From Neocallimastix sp. 'constans' (lineage: Eukaryota): 64,000 nucleotides of DNA. Below the pieces are notes generated by a model. The model saw only the letters and a list, made by a program, of their open reading frames with translations, was not told where the DNA came from and searched no databases. The stretch lies in NCBI GenBank assembly GCA_050613775.1, contig JBODTK010000012.1:682001-746000 (forward strand), in the 5' to 3' direction. Positions 1 to 12,700 of this stretch are shown one piece after another; the first letter of the stretch is position 1, and each line of letters starts with the position of its first letter. The translations under genes were made by a program, and so were the position numbers.

Positions 1-189
1 AAAATAGAATAAAATAATGAAGTATAATACAAGAAATTATTTTAATTGTTTCTTAAAATTATTAAAATTAAACCATTAAAAAAGTATCACCATATATAAA
101 AATCTTTGAATATAAAATTTTATTCAAATTATATATGAAATGAAGTTTAAAGTATTGCTAAGTTAAACAATAAAAAATAAATAAAAAAC

Positions 190-707
190 AATAAATAATA
201 AATAATAAATAATAAATAATAAATAATAAATAATAAATAATAAATAATAAATAATAAATAATAAATAATAATAAATAATAAATAATAAATAATAAATAAT
301 AATAAATAAAAACAATAAATAATAAATAATAAATAATAAATAATAAATAATAAATAAAAACAATAAATAATAAATAATAAATAATAAATAATAAATAATA
401 AATAATAAATAATAAATAATAAATAATAAATAATAAATAATAAATAATAATAAATAATAAATAATAAATAATAAATAATAAATAATAATAAATAATAAAT
501 AATAAATAATAAATAATAAATAATAAATAATAAATAATAAATAATAAATAATAAATAATAAATAATAAATAATAAATAATAAATAATAAATAATAAATAA
601 ATAATAAATAAATAATAAATAATAAATAATAAATAATAAATAATAAATAATAAATAATAAATAATAAATAATAAATAATAAATAATAAATAATAAATAAT
701 AAATAAT
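190..707. repeat. (AATAAAT)n 7-bp microsatellite
   Basis: Continuous taaataa units; explains the low-complexity ORF at 163..363. Confidence 0.95.
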
Positions 708-1385
708 ATTGTTATAATATTAATAAATTTTTATATATTAATTTATATTTTACTTTTTATATAATTATTATTTTATGTATGATTAACATTATTTATGTTA
801 ATATCATTCTTTTATGTAAATAATTTATTTCTTATTTTTATGTAAATTACGAAATCATTTGATTAAATTTAGTATATATTTCACCTGATTATTTTTATTT
901 TAATCTCAGACTTGTTTATATTAAATATATTAATAAATAAATAAAATTAAATATATATATAACAATAAATATTAAATAATGAATAATATTAAATAATGAA
1001 TAATATAAACAATATATAATATATAAATTATGAGAATATATTAATAATGAATAATATAAAAATAATAAAATAATAAATAATATATAAATAATTAAGAATT
1101 ATGATAATAATTATAAAAAGTAATAATTAAAACCATTAATTTAAAATTTTGCTATTTATTAAATAATTTTAATTTTTCAATAGGAAATTTTAAATTACTG
1201 AAACTATTAAGTTAATATTAATATATAACTTTATAATAATATTAATGAATTATTAATTATTAGAGTTTATATATTTAAAAGTGTTTTATAAAACAAATAA
1301 ATAAATAAATAAATATCATGCAAATTCTATAAAAAATAAAAGTATATAATCTAATTTGGTATTATTTACTATCAAATGATTAAGT

Positions 1386-1431
<46 letters not shown>

Positions 1432-1689
1432 TTCCATTTTATAATTTATATTTGTAATAGCTATTTAGAATTATTTTTAAAAAAAAAAATTATGAAAATG
1501 ATTTTTATTATTATTTATTTTAAAGCTTAAAAAATATATAAAAATTAAATAATATAACAGAAAATAAAAGAAAAATTATTTATAAATATTATTTATAAAA
1601 AATATAAAAAATTATAAAAAATAGAAATGAAAAATTTAATACAAATATAATTATTGATATTAAAGTTATTAATGCTATAATATAATAAT

Positions 1690-1810
1690 AATCATAATTA
1701 GAATCATGATCATAATCATAATCTATAATCATAATCATAATCATAATCATAATCATAATCATAATCATAATCAAAATCAAAATCAAAATCATAATCGTAA
1801 TTATAATCAT
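1690..1810. repeat. (ATCATA)n/(ATCAAA)n hexamer microsatellite
   Basis: Read directly from the sequence. Confidence 0.85.
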
Positions 1811-2509
1811 ATTTTATTATAATAATATAATAATTATAAATTAATATAACCGAATAATTCCATAAAAAAAAAAAAAAATTTCTTTCCATATAATTATTAT
1901 GTAATATATATATATAATAGTTATATATTATACAAATAATTTCTTTTTATTACTAATTAATTATTTCTTTATTAAATATTTATATTGCAATATATTATTC
2001 TTATTATTTTATATTATACTATATTATAAATATATGTCATTCATATCAAAATAGTAGTAGTTTAAACAAATGATTAATAATGATTAAAAACAAGTAAAAT
2101 TACTTTATTAAAGTGACTTTGCATTAGTAATATTGTAACAAGTATAAGAAGAGTATAAAAAGAATAATTTTTGATTAAGTTTTTATTCTTTGTATAATTA
2201 TTAATATAGGTAATATACATTAATTCAAATAATAATTCAAGTAATAATTTAAATAATAATTTAAGTAACAATTCAAATAATTATTCATATGATAATTCAA
2301 GTAATTCCGATAAAAATATCTATTACAGAAATAAAAAAAAAAAGAGAATTTATGTTAATATAGAAGAAGTTACTGATATATTAGAGAAAAACTTGATAAT
2401 TTAAACAAAAAAACATGCATAGATAATATTAATTGTAACTTTAATAAAGGTAACAATAAAAGAAATTTAGAACCAATTTATAATAATTACTATATTAAAA
2501 TTAGAAGGA

Positions 2510-3990
2510 ACGACAACCAAATTTTAAACATTATCAAAACAAATCCTCTTACATGTAATAAAGCTATTCAAGGCCTAGAAAAATTAAAATGGAAAAAAAA
2601 AGCAGTAAAAACTGAACTAGATAATCTTTATTCAAATAAAGATTATGACTTTTGTAAAAATATCACCTTATTTTAACAAAATGATTATTCGAAGCCAAAA
2701 CCGCAGAAAATAATAAAATTACTAAATATAAAGCTAGACTAGTTGCCAGAAGATTCAAACAAGAAAAAGGTTAAGGATTTTGATTCTATTCATTCTCTCC
2801 CTTTAAATCCATAAAGTATCAGACTAATTTTATATATCGTTGCAAAACAAAAAATGGGAAGTTCAACAACTAGATATAAAGGCTCCCTATCCAAATACTA
2901 AACTGGACAAAACAATTTATATCCACATTCTAGAGGGAGCTAAAGACTATAAAATGGGTCTTTGGAAACTCAACAAGACTCTGTATGGTCTTAAACAAGC
3001 TAGACGCCAATGATTCATTACTATTTCAAATTTATTGAATAATAATGAATTTCATCAACTAAAATATGAACAATGCATTTTCTAGAAATTTAAAATAAAC
3101 TTCGTAGTATATGTTGATAATATGATCATTTGGGGTACAAGTTTTGAAGTAAAAAAAAAATTAATCCATAGAATTTTCAAAATGATAAAAATCTCTAATT
3201 GCGAACCCATTAAATACATACATGAAATTAAAAATGGAAAAAAAAGATAATTATTATTTATTATCACAAATTAACTATTTATTAAGTCAATATAAAATCA
3301 CTATAGTTAAGAAAATAAAATTTCCGTGAATTGAAGATAATTATATTTCAGAAAACAGAACTCTTTTTAATTTATCAACTTTCAAGAGTGCTTTCGGTTC
3401 ACTTCTTTATATTACAAAAATATTACAAAAACGACCAAATTGATCATTTCATTTTCAGTAAATAAAGTTACTAGAAAATGTAAAAAGCCAAATAAAAGCT
3501 ATTGGAAAAGGTCTTAAATATTAATTTTTTTTGATATTTAAACAATAAAAAGAATTATAAACTAAAATTAGATGGAACAGGACCTTTTAATGTTTATAGA
3601 GATTCAGATTTTGCAGGGGATATTGAGAATAGAAAAAAAGTACTTCTAATTTCATTATTCTATATTAAAATTCACCTATATGTTGGTGCTCAAAGAAATA
3701 ATCAAGTGTTGTCACAAGAATTACCGAAGCCAAATATATCGGTACGTCAGAGTGTGTAAACGAGGTTTTATTTATTCGTAATATTATTTTCGAATTATTT
3801 AAAATTAAAAAAACCAATAACAGTAAACAGATAATATCTTCAGTTAAAAACAATGGAAAATGATGAACTAATTACAAAGATTAAAACAAATTTCAATAAA
3901 ATATTATTTAAATATTGATAGCAATAAAAACAAATGAATTATATTAAAATATAAAGCAATCAGACCATATTCTAGCAGTCAAAATATAAA
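2510..3990 (+). mobile_element. Decayed Ty1/copia retrotransposon pol (RT-RNase H), many stops and frameshifts
   Basis: Manual translation across frames gives copia motifs in the expected order: PLTCNKAI..KWK..AVKTELDNL, KYKARLVAR, QQLDIKA, WKLNKTLYGLKQA, VVYVDN, AFGSLLY, DSDFAGD, PICWCSKK, TEAKYI. Confidence 0.9.
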
Positions 3991-4005
3991 CGAACCTCAA
4001 ATAAA

Positions 4006-4059
<54 letters not shown>

Positions 4060-4169
4060 AATTGTTTTTTTTCACATAAATTTATCTTAAATTTTTTAAC
4101 ATAAATTAAAATTTAATAATAAAAATAAAAAAAAAAAAATTAATTAAAAAAATATATATATATAAAAAT

Positions 4170-5729
4170 TTAAGCCTCAAAATATTAAATAAATATACAG
4201 GGTTTTATGGTTTATTTTATGCAAAACTATGCTATGACATCTATTAATTAAACTTTCAAAATTTATATATATATCAATAATATGGTTTTTATGACAAAAT
4301 ATATGCAAAAATGCTATGGTTTTAAAACCCAAAAAACACCTTTTTATTATTTTTTTTTAATTAATTGATTAATGTTCAACTTCATTCGCTCACTACCGAC
4401 TAATCTCGACAGATCTACGCAGCTCCACTACGTTCCGTGCTTGAATTTCTCGCTTGTCTCCGTGAGCATCATTGCGTAACGGGTCTTTCTGTGTTTTTTG
4501 GGTTTTAAAACCATAGCATTTTTGCATATATTTTGTCATAAAAACCATATTGTTGATATATATATAAATTTTGAAGGCTTAATTAATAGATGTCATAGCA
4601 TAGTTTTGCATAAATTAAACCATAAAACCCTGTATATTTATTTAATATTTTGAGGCTTAATTAATCAAATGGTCATAACAGCTATAAATTGCTATGAATG
4701 ATATGGTTTTGAAGTTAGTGAAAGTCAAACCCGGTATGTTGTTCAATTAATTAATACATGTTCAGAAGTTCATGAAAGTCAAAACTGGTATGATTATATA
4801 TAAATGATAGTGTTTTTAGTGATTGCAAACCTAGCATGTTTTTGACCAGTTGAACGATCAAAAACATATGATGATCAACTAGCTAGGTTTTGCACAACAT
4901 TGCTGTATTTCTGCATATATGATTATATGAACAATGTTGCAATATGATGATTTTGAATGCCTTTTATGATCAAAACTGCTATGATTTTCATCAACAAACA
5001 ATGTAAAATATCGACAAATATATGCAAATCATAGCTATGATTGTTCCAGGCATTCAAAATCAAAACCACAACAATTATTATTAATATTATTTTTATAAAC
5101 ATTATGGTTGAATGATTGTATTTGTATGCCAAATATGTGCATTTTATGTTCAAAAACAGGGTCATTTTACAGCAATGTTTATATATATTAGCGATGTGTG
5201 TTGTTAAATGGCATACAAATACAATATATCTTTATTTTGAAGCCCATATTAATAGATGAACCACATAGGGTTTTGATGCTAAAACTATGCTAAAAACAAA
5301 TACACTTATATTAGCAATATATGCAGTCATTGTTGTTATCAAAGTTCAGAAATGATGACGATGTTGATGAATATATGCATATATTACTAATATAAGTGTA
5401 TTTGTGTGATGTTTATGCTAAAACTATGCATATATTTGATTATTGTTTTTATTTTTATTTTTTTTTTTTTTTTTTTTTTTATTTTTTTATTTTTTATTTT
5501 ATTTTATTTTTTGTTTTTATTTTTGATGAAAATGGTATGGTTTTTAGCATAGTTTTAGCATCAAAACTTTATGTGGAACATCTATTAATATGGGCTTCAA
5601 AATACGGACATATTGTATTTGTATGCCATTTAACAACACACATCGCTAATATATGTAAACGTTGCTGTAAAATGACCCTGTTTTTGAACATAAAATGCAC
5701 ATATTTGGTATACAAATACAATCATTCAA
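4170..5729. mobile_element. Non-coding foldback-like element with two long inverted-repeat pairs
   Basis: IR1 is 4170-4339/4491-4660 (170 bp); IR2 is ~5108-5297/5540-5729 (~190 bp). ORFs 4923..5165(-) and 5396..5800(+) share MTLFLNIKCTYL because of IR2. A related fragment lies at ~44590-44710. Confidence 0.7.
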
Positions 5730-5975
5730 AAATATATATATATATATATTTAAATTATTTAAATAATCATAATATTAACAAATTTTTTATTTTACATTAA
5801 TTAATTCATTTTTTTTTCCCGCATAAATCTATCTTAATTTTTTTTTTTTAGCATAAATTAATCTTTACATTTAAAAATAATTTTAAAAATTTAAATAATT
5901 TTAAAACTTTACCATCTCATTCAAATTAATTATACTTAACAAAACAAATGTATTTTTTTTTAGTAAAATTAGTTT

Positions 5976-5985
5976 GAGGGGGGAA
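5976..5985 (+). other. Probable polypurine tract of the copia relic (GAGGGGGGAA), followed by a possible degenerate 3' LTR start
   Basis: Isolated purine run downstream of, and on the same strand as, the RNase H relic; followed by TATTAACA. No matching 5' LTR was identified. Confidence 0.45.
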
Positions 5986-6280
5986 TATTAACAATAGATA
6001 AAAATACATTCTTATTTTAAAAGAGTTAACTGAGAGTTTAAAATAGAATTAAAATATATATAATCTAATTCAATATTGATAAAAACGATACTAAAAATTC
6101 TTCGATAGTAATGCGTTTAATAAAAAAAAACAGTAGATATCTTTAAATTAAATATAATTAAACAATATATTTTTAAAAATAAAATAAAATATTATTTAGA
6201 AATAAAAAAAACCATTATATCAACATTTCATTCATGTGTATAACTTTTTTTATTTATTTATTTAAAAATAAAAAATTATT

Positions 6281-6779
6281 TAATAAGCCACATTTATGAT
6301 TAAAAACACTGCCACATTGATTGAAAAACGAAACATTGAGAAATGAAACATTTTTACATTTTTATTTATTTTAGTAATAATAGTTTAAAAAGCTTTTTAT
6401 TTTTATTATTCTTTTTATTACTTAAAAAATAGAGTCATAAAGTGTTTATATAATAATATTTAATTGTAAAGATATTTTTTTAATATTTTAAAAAATAGTA
6501 TTGAGGTAATTTTATAATAATATTAAATTATAAAGATGTTTTTAATAGTTTCCCCCCCCCCAAAAAAAAAAAAAAAAAAATATTTAATAACAATAGTTTA
6601 AAAATTTTTAATTTTTATAAAAACAATTTTTTATTTGAAATAAAAAATAAAATAAATAAAATATATGTATTTTTATAATAACTTTATTATTAAAATTTAG
6701 TGAAATAACTTGAATAAACGCAACTTTGTAAAATCTTGTAAAATCTCATTGAAATGTATTAAATTATTAATAAGCCACA
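6281..6779. promoter_or_regulatory. Three GCCACA (TGTGGC) motifs upstream of MET17
   Basis: GCCACA at 6287, 6311 and 6774; two copies share TTAATAAGCCACA. Matches the core of the yeast Met31/Met32 site. Confidence 0.45.
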
Positions 6780-6924
6780 ATTAATTATAATAAAAAATTA
6801 CATAAAATGGTTTAATTCTTCATCATAAATATCTAAAACCAAAATATGTAAATCCTTATATTGTTTTATTATAGTTGTTATTGGCATTATTATTATTTTA
6901 TTAATATTAATATTAATATTATTA

Positions 6925-6989
<65 letters not shown>

Positions 6990-7489
6990 ATTATTATAAT
7001 TATATTAAATCTATTTAATTTCAAAGACTAAAAATTATTCGTTAAGATTGACTAATTTTTTTAAAATTTTACCGTTAATATGTTAAAAACAAAAATTTCG
7101 AGAAATATAAATTAAAATTTAGTTTATATAGTTTAATGTTAAAGAATATTATGTCATTTGTAAACATTCATCTAATTTTAAAAATCGAATATTAACAAAA
7201 ATTAAAAATTTTTTAATCATCTTTTTAGATCAAAATTAATAATGTTACAGCTTTATTATTACTAATAGTATATATATAGATAATCATCAAAAAGAATTAA
7301 AAAATAGGAGGAAATTATAATTAATAAATAAATAACTATAAATAAGAGATTTATTTTCTTTATTTTTTTTTAATTTTCATTTTTAATAATATAATTAATA
7401 TTAAATAAAAATTTAAATATAAATTTAATATTTTTAAAAAAAGGACAAAAAAGACAAATTATCTTTTTTTTTTTTTTTTTTAGTAATAA

Positions 7490-8779
<1,290 letters not shown>

Positions 8780-9722
8780 AGAAAAGAATAAATAATAATC
8801 GAATTCTTTATATATAAATAAAAAAAATAATTATATAGTATTAATATTAGAATTAATATAGAATTAATTTAATATATAATAAAATTGTATAAAAAAATGT
8901 TCTATATATATTTATGTAAAAAAAAAAAAAAAAAAAAAAAAAATAAAATTTTGTTAGATCTATTTAAATTTATTAATCTATTAATGTAAAATAAAAAAAT
9001 TTTAAAATATAAAAAATTATTTTTGTTACAGTAAATAATAATTTTGAAATGTTACACAAATTTATTATTTAGTTGATGTAAAATTAAATAATTTTGTAAT
9101 ATTATTGAATGGAAATTAACAAATTTAAGATAATTTTATTATTATAGATTGAAGCTGTTAAATATTTGTTTATATCGAATTAAAAACTTATTATTATTTT
9201 TATTTTTTTATATTATAATGGTGGTGAAGTTACATATGACCGTTTTTCTGAAATTAATATTTAAATACTTTATTATGAATATTACTCTTTTTTTCACATC
9301 ACTGTTTTAAATATTATTATGTTATATTGGACAAATAATATTTATGTTTTTATTTATTATAAAAAAAAATATTCATGTAATTAATAAATGAATTAATAGA
9401 TGAAGTTTAAGTTACTCAATAATTATAAATTTCTCAATAGTTGTGGCTGTAAAAGAAATCTTTTATTTCTTGAAGCGAAACCAATAAGGAAATGTTGTAT
9501 CTCCCAATGAGGCTTTAAAATAACGTTGTGGTGTTTTTTTTAATATAAATATGGCTTATTAAATTGATTTTATTAGTATATAATTAAATAATTGGAATAA
9601 ATGTAATAAATAAATTTTGTAATGTTAATATAAAGAATATTATATTTATTTTAAAAACATAATAATATTAATATAAATAACCTTTTATTTTTAAAGAATA
9701 CCTTTTTTACATATATTTTAAA

Positions 9723-12700
9723 CCCCGAGCAGGGGTGTACTCGATTTATGTATTTAAATCGCCTGCAAGGGGAATTAACTTTACTCTTATAAAGTAGATC
9801 CACAGTACTGGTGCAAAATAGTAGTAAAGTTATATTTTGTGTTAATTAATAACATTATGCGCAATGGTAATGTTATTGGTAAAATTTTTCTGGTGAACAC
9901 TCACTGCGGAATATAATGGTGCATTTTTGGAACATTGTTAAATAAGTTACACCCAAGAATTAGTAATACATTTTCATTGTATTTCTATTTTCATGTAGTA
10001 TTACTATTCTCATGTAAGAATCTATTGTATTCAATTGTATTTCAACTTTATATTTCATGTATCACGTTGTAAGAGATTGATTCACTCTAAATCTTGTAGT
10101 AATTTATTTAACTCTTTACTAATTTTGTGCCATTTTATTTCATCAATTCAATCTTAGTCATTAAATACTTTATGATATTCAATTTAAATAAAATACTGAA
10201 AAAAGTGCTAAATCAAATTATTTTTCAATCATTCAACAAACTACTAATTATCGAAATTATTTACTCCAAAAAGATATAAAATTATTACAATTCTCATTAT
10301 ACTCAAGACTTTATAATAAAAATTGACTTTTTTTTATTTTTTTTTTTAGTTATTAATTTTTAGTTTTTTATTACTATTATGGAAATCCAATTTATAAGAA
10401 ATAAGAATTTCATTCTAAGAGGTTCAAGGTGCCACGGTATACCAATGGAGAATACGAAACTACTCTTTATCCGCGGACTTCGATCTTGGCCAGAAATCAA
10501 AACGAGAAGACATTTAAAGAAAACTCTGAATGAATTAAATGATAAGGTTTTATCAGTTAAACGTATTGCTAATTTTAATGATGCATTCTTTAAAATTAAA
10601 ATAGTAGGTAATGAAGAAGAATTAACATCTATTACTGATTGTATTGTTAATAGTTTCAAACGTGCTTCAATTAACGTTATTAATTGTAGCAAAAGGAATC
10701 ATAAATACAGTTTTTCTTCACTCAAAAGGAATCATTTTGCCTTATCAGAAAAAGTGAATTCATCTTATAATATCAACTTATTCACTACTTCAAATTCAAA
10801 TGCAGATTCAAGTCAAAATTCAAATTCAAGTTCAAATACAGATTCATGTTCAAGTTCAAATACAAGCTCAAGTTCAAGTTCAAGTCCAAGTTCAAGTTCA
10901 AGTCCAAGTTCAAGTACAATTTCAAGTTCAAGTTCAAGTACGAGTTCAAGTACAAGTTCAAGTTCAAGTTCAAGTTCAAGTTCAAGTACAAGTTCAAGTT
11001 CAATTTCAAATTTATGTTTAAATTCAGTTTCAAGCTCAGATTCAAATTCAAATTTCAGTTCAATCAATTATAATAATTCCAATAATATTAATAACACTCA
11101 TATTAATAATAATACAGTTAAAGAATTTTCTCTATGTGTCAGTTGGAATACTAATGGATGGAACTTTGATAAAAAAGACAGTGTTGAATTCTTTATTTCA
11201 ATGTACAAACCACTTTTCTTATGCTTTCAGGAAACAGGAAATGGTTCAGGTTCTAGCAGTAAATATCCATGTCGAGTATCATTAAAAAACTACAAACATT
11301 TCTTCAAAAAAGCTAATAATGAAATTCCCGGTAAAAGAGGTCTTTATATTGGGTTTCATAATTCTTGTCAAGCCTCTCTTGAAAACAACACTTATGAGTA
11401 TATTATTTCCTTGTATACTTATAATTTTTGGAATTTCACTAAATGTTCTATTGGTAATGTGTACGTACCTCATAGTGGCCATAGCCTTCATGCTAGAGCT
11501 GCTAGAATTGAAATATTGTCTTGGTTAAATAATCACTCTTCTCATCCTTCAATGTTGGTTGGTGATTTTAATTTACCTACTGAGAAATTAAGTAATTTGC
11601 TCTCTAAATTTAGTAATTGGAAAATTCTTCCCTTATGGGGCTCCCCAATTTCATGGAGTAGAGGTAATAGAGAATCTGATATAGATCATGCGATTGTCAA
11701 TGATCATATGTTAGATTTACTTTCATATGGTACTTTTATTGACTTTCCCCCCATTTCGGATCATAAACCTTTATTAATAAAAGGTAAATGTTTTTCATCA
11801 GTTAATTCAGATAATTCTTTCTCTCTGCCTAAAAAGACAGTTAAATGGGATAGATTAAAATGTATAAATGAAAAAGAATCAATTTTTGACAACAACTATT
11901 TTAGTGTATTAGAGGAAGTGATTCCAGATCCTAATATTAGTATTGATGATATTTCAAAGAAATTTATTTCAACTTCATTCAATATTGCTAAGGAACTTAA
12001 TATCACGTCAATTTCAGAAGTTCGAAAATCTTTTTTTCATATGTCGCAGAAAATATTTAATTTGCAAAAACTCAAAATGAAATTATATAAATCCATTAAA
12101 AGAAGAGGTTCTTATCATAATTTAGATGAATTTGAAGAATTAATTGATAAATATAATAGAATGTGCAAAATTATTCATCATATGTGTAATATTTATAGGA
12201 AAACTGAATACCAACATTGGATTAATACAGGATGTGAATATATGAAATCTCATAACCCTAAAAAAGCTTGGAAATGGCTTAAAACAACAGCAAAAGTAGA
12301 TAAATTTAAAAATATGTCAAATTCTCCAGTAAAGGACAAAAATGGTAAACTAGCTACTTCTACTAAAGAACAGTTAGAAGTATGGCACAATCACTATAAA
12401 AAACTTGCTTCAAGCCATTCTGATATCAATAGTGCATTAATCGAATGGTATAATAAATTTTTCAATGGAACAATTAGGTATACGAGACACAATGAATGGG
12501 ATATAAATCAAGACATCAGTATAGAAGAAATTAGAGAAGCAATTTTGGCTACTCCAAATTTTAAAGCTTCAGGCCCGGATGGAATTCCTATTGAATTTTA
12601 TAAAGCTTTAATTCCTCCAGATGACGAAAATTCAGTAAATAATTCTTCTTCTGGTTTAAATTGTTTACAGAAGATATACTCAAGAATTTGGAATGGAGAA

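Noticed and set aside
163..2271. Short low-complexity ORFs (also 17478, 20547, 20571, 22717, 22722, 26458, 26464)
   Set aside because: Translations of microsatellites or AT-rich filler; no coding signal.
10785..11073. Overlapping QV/LN/LE/KF-repeat ORFs
   Set aside because: Alternate frames of the (AGTTCA)n Ser linker in the LINE ORF.
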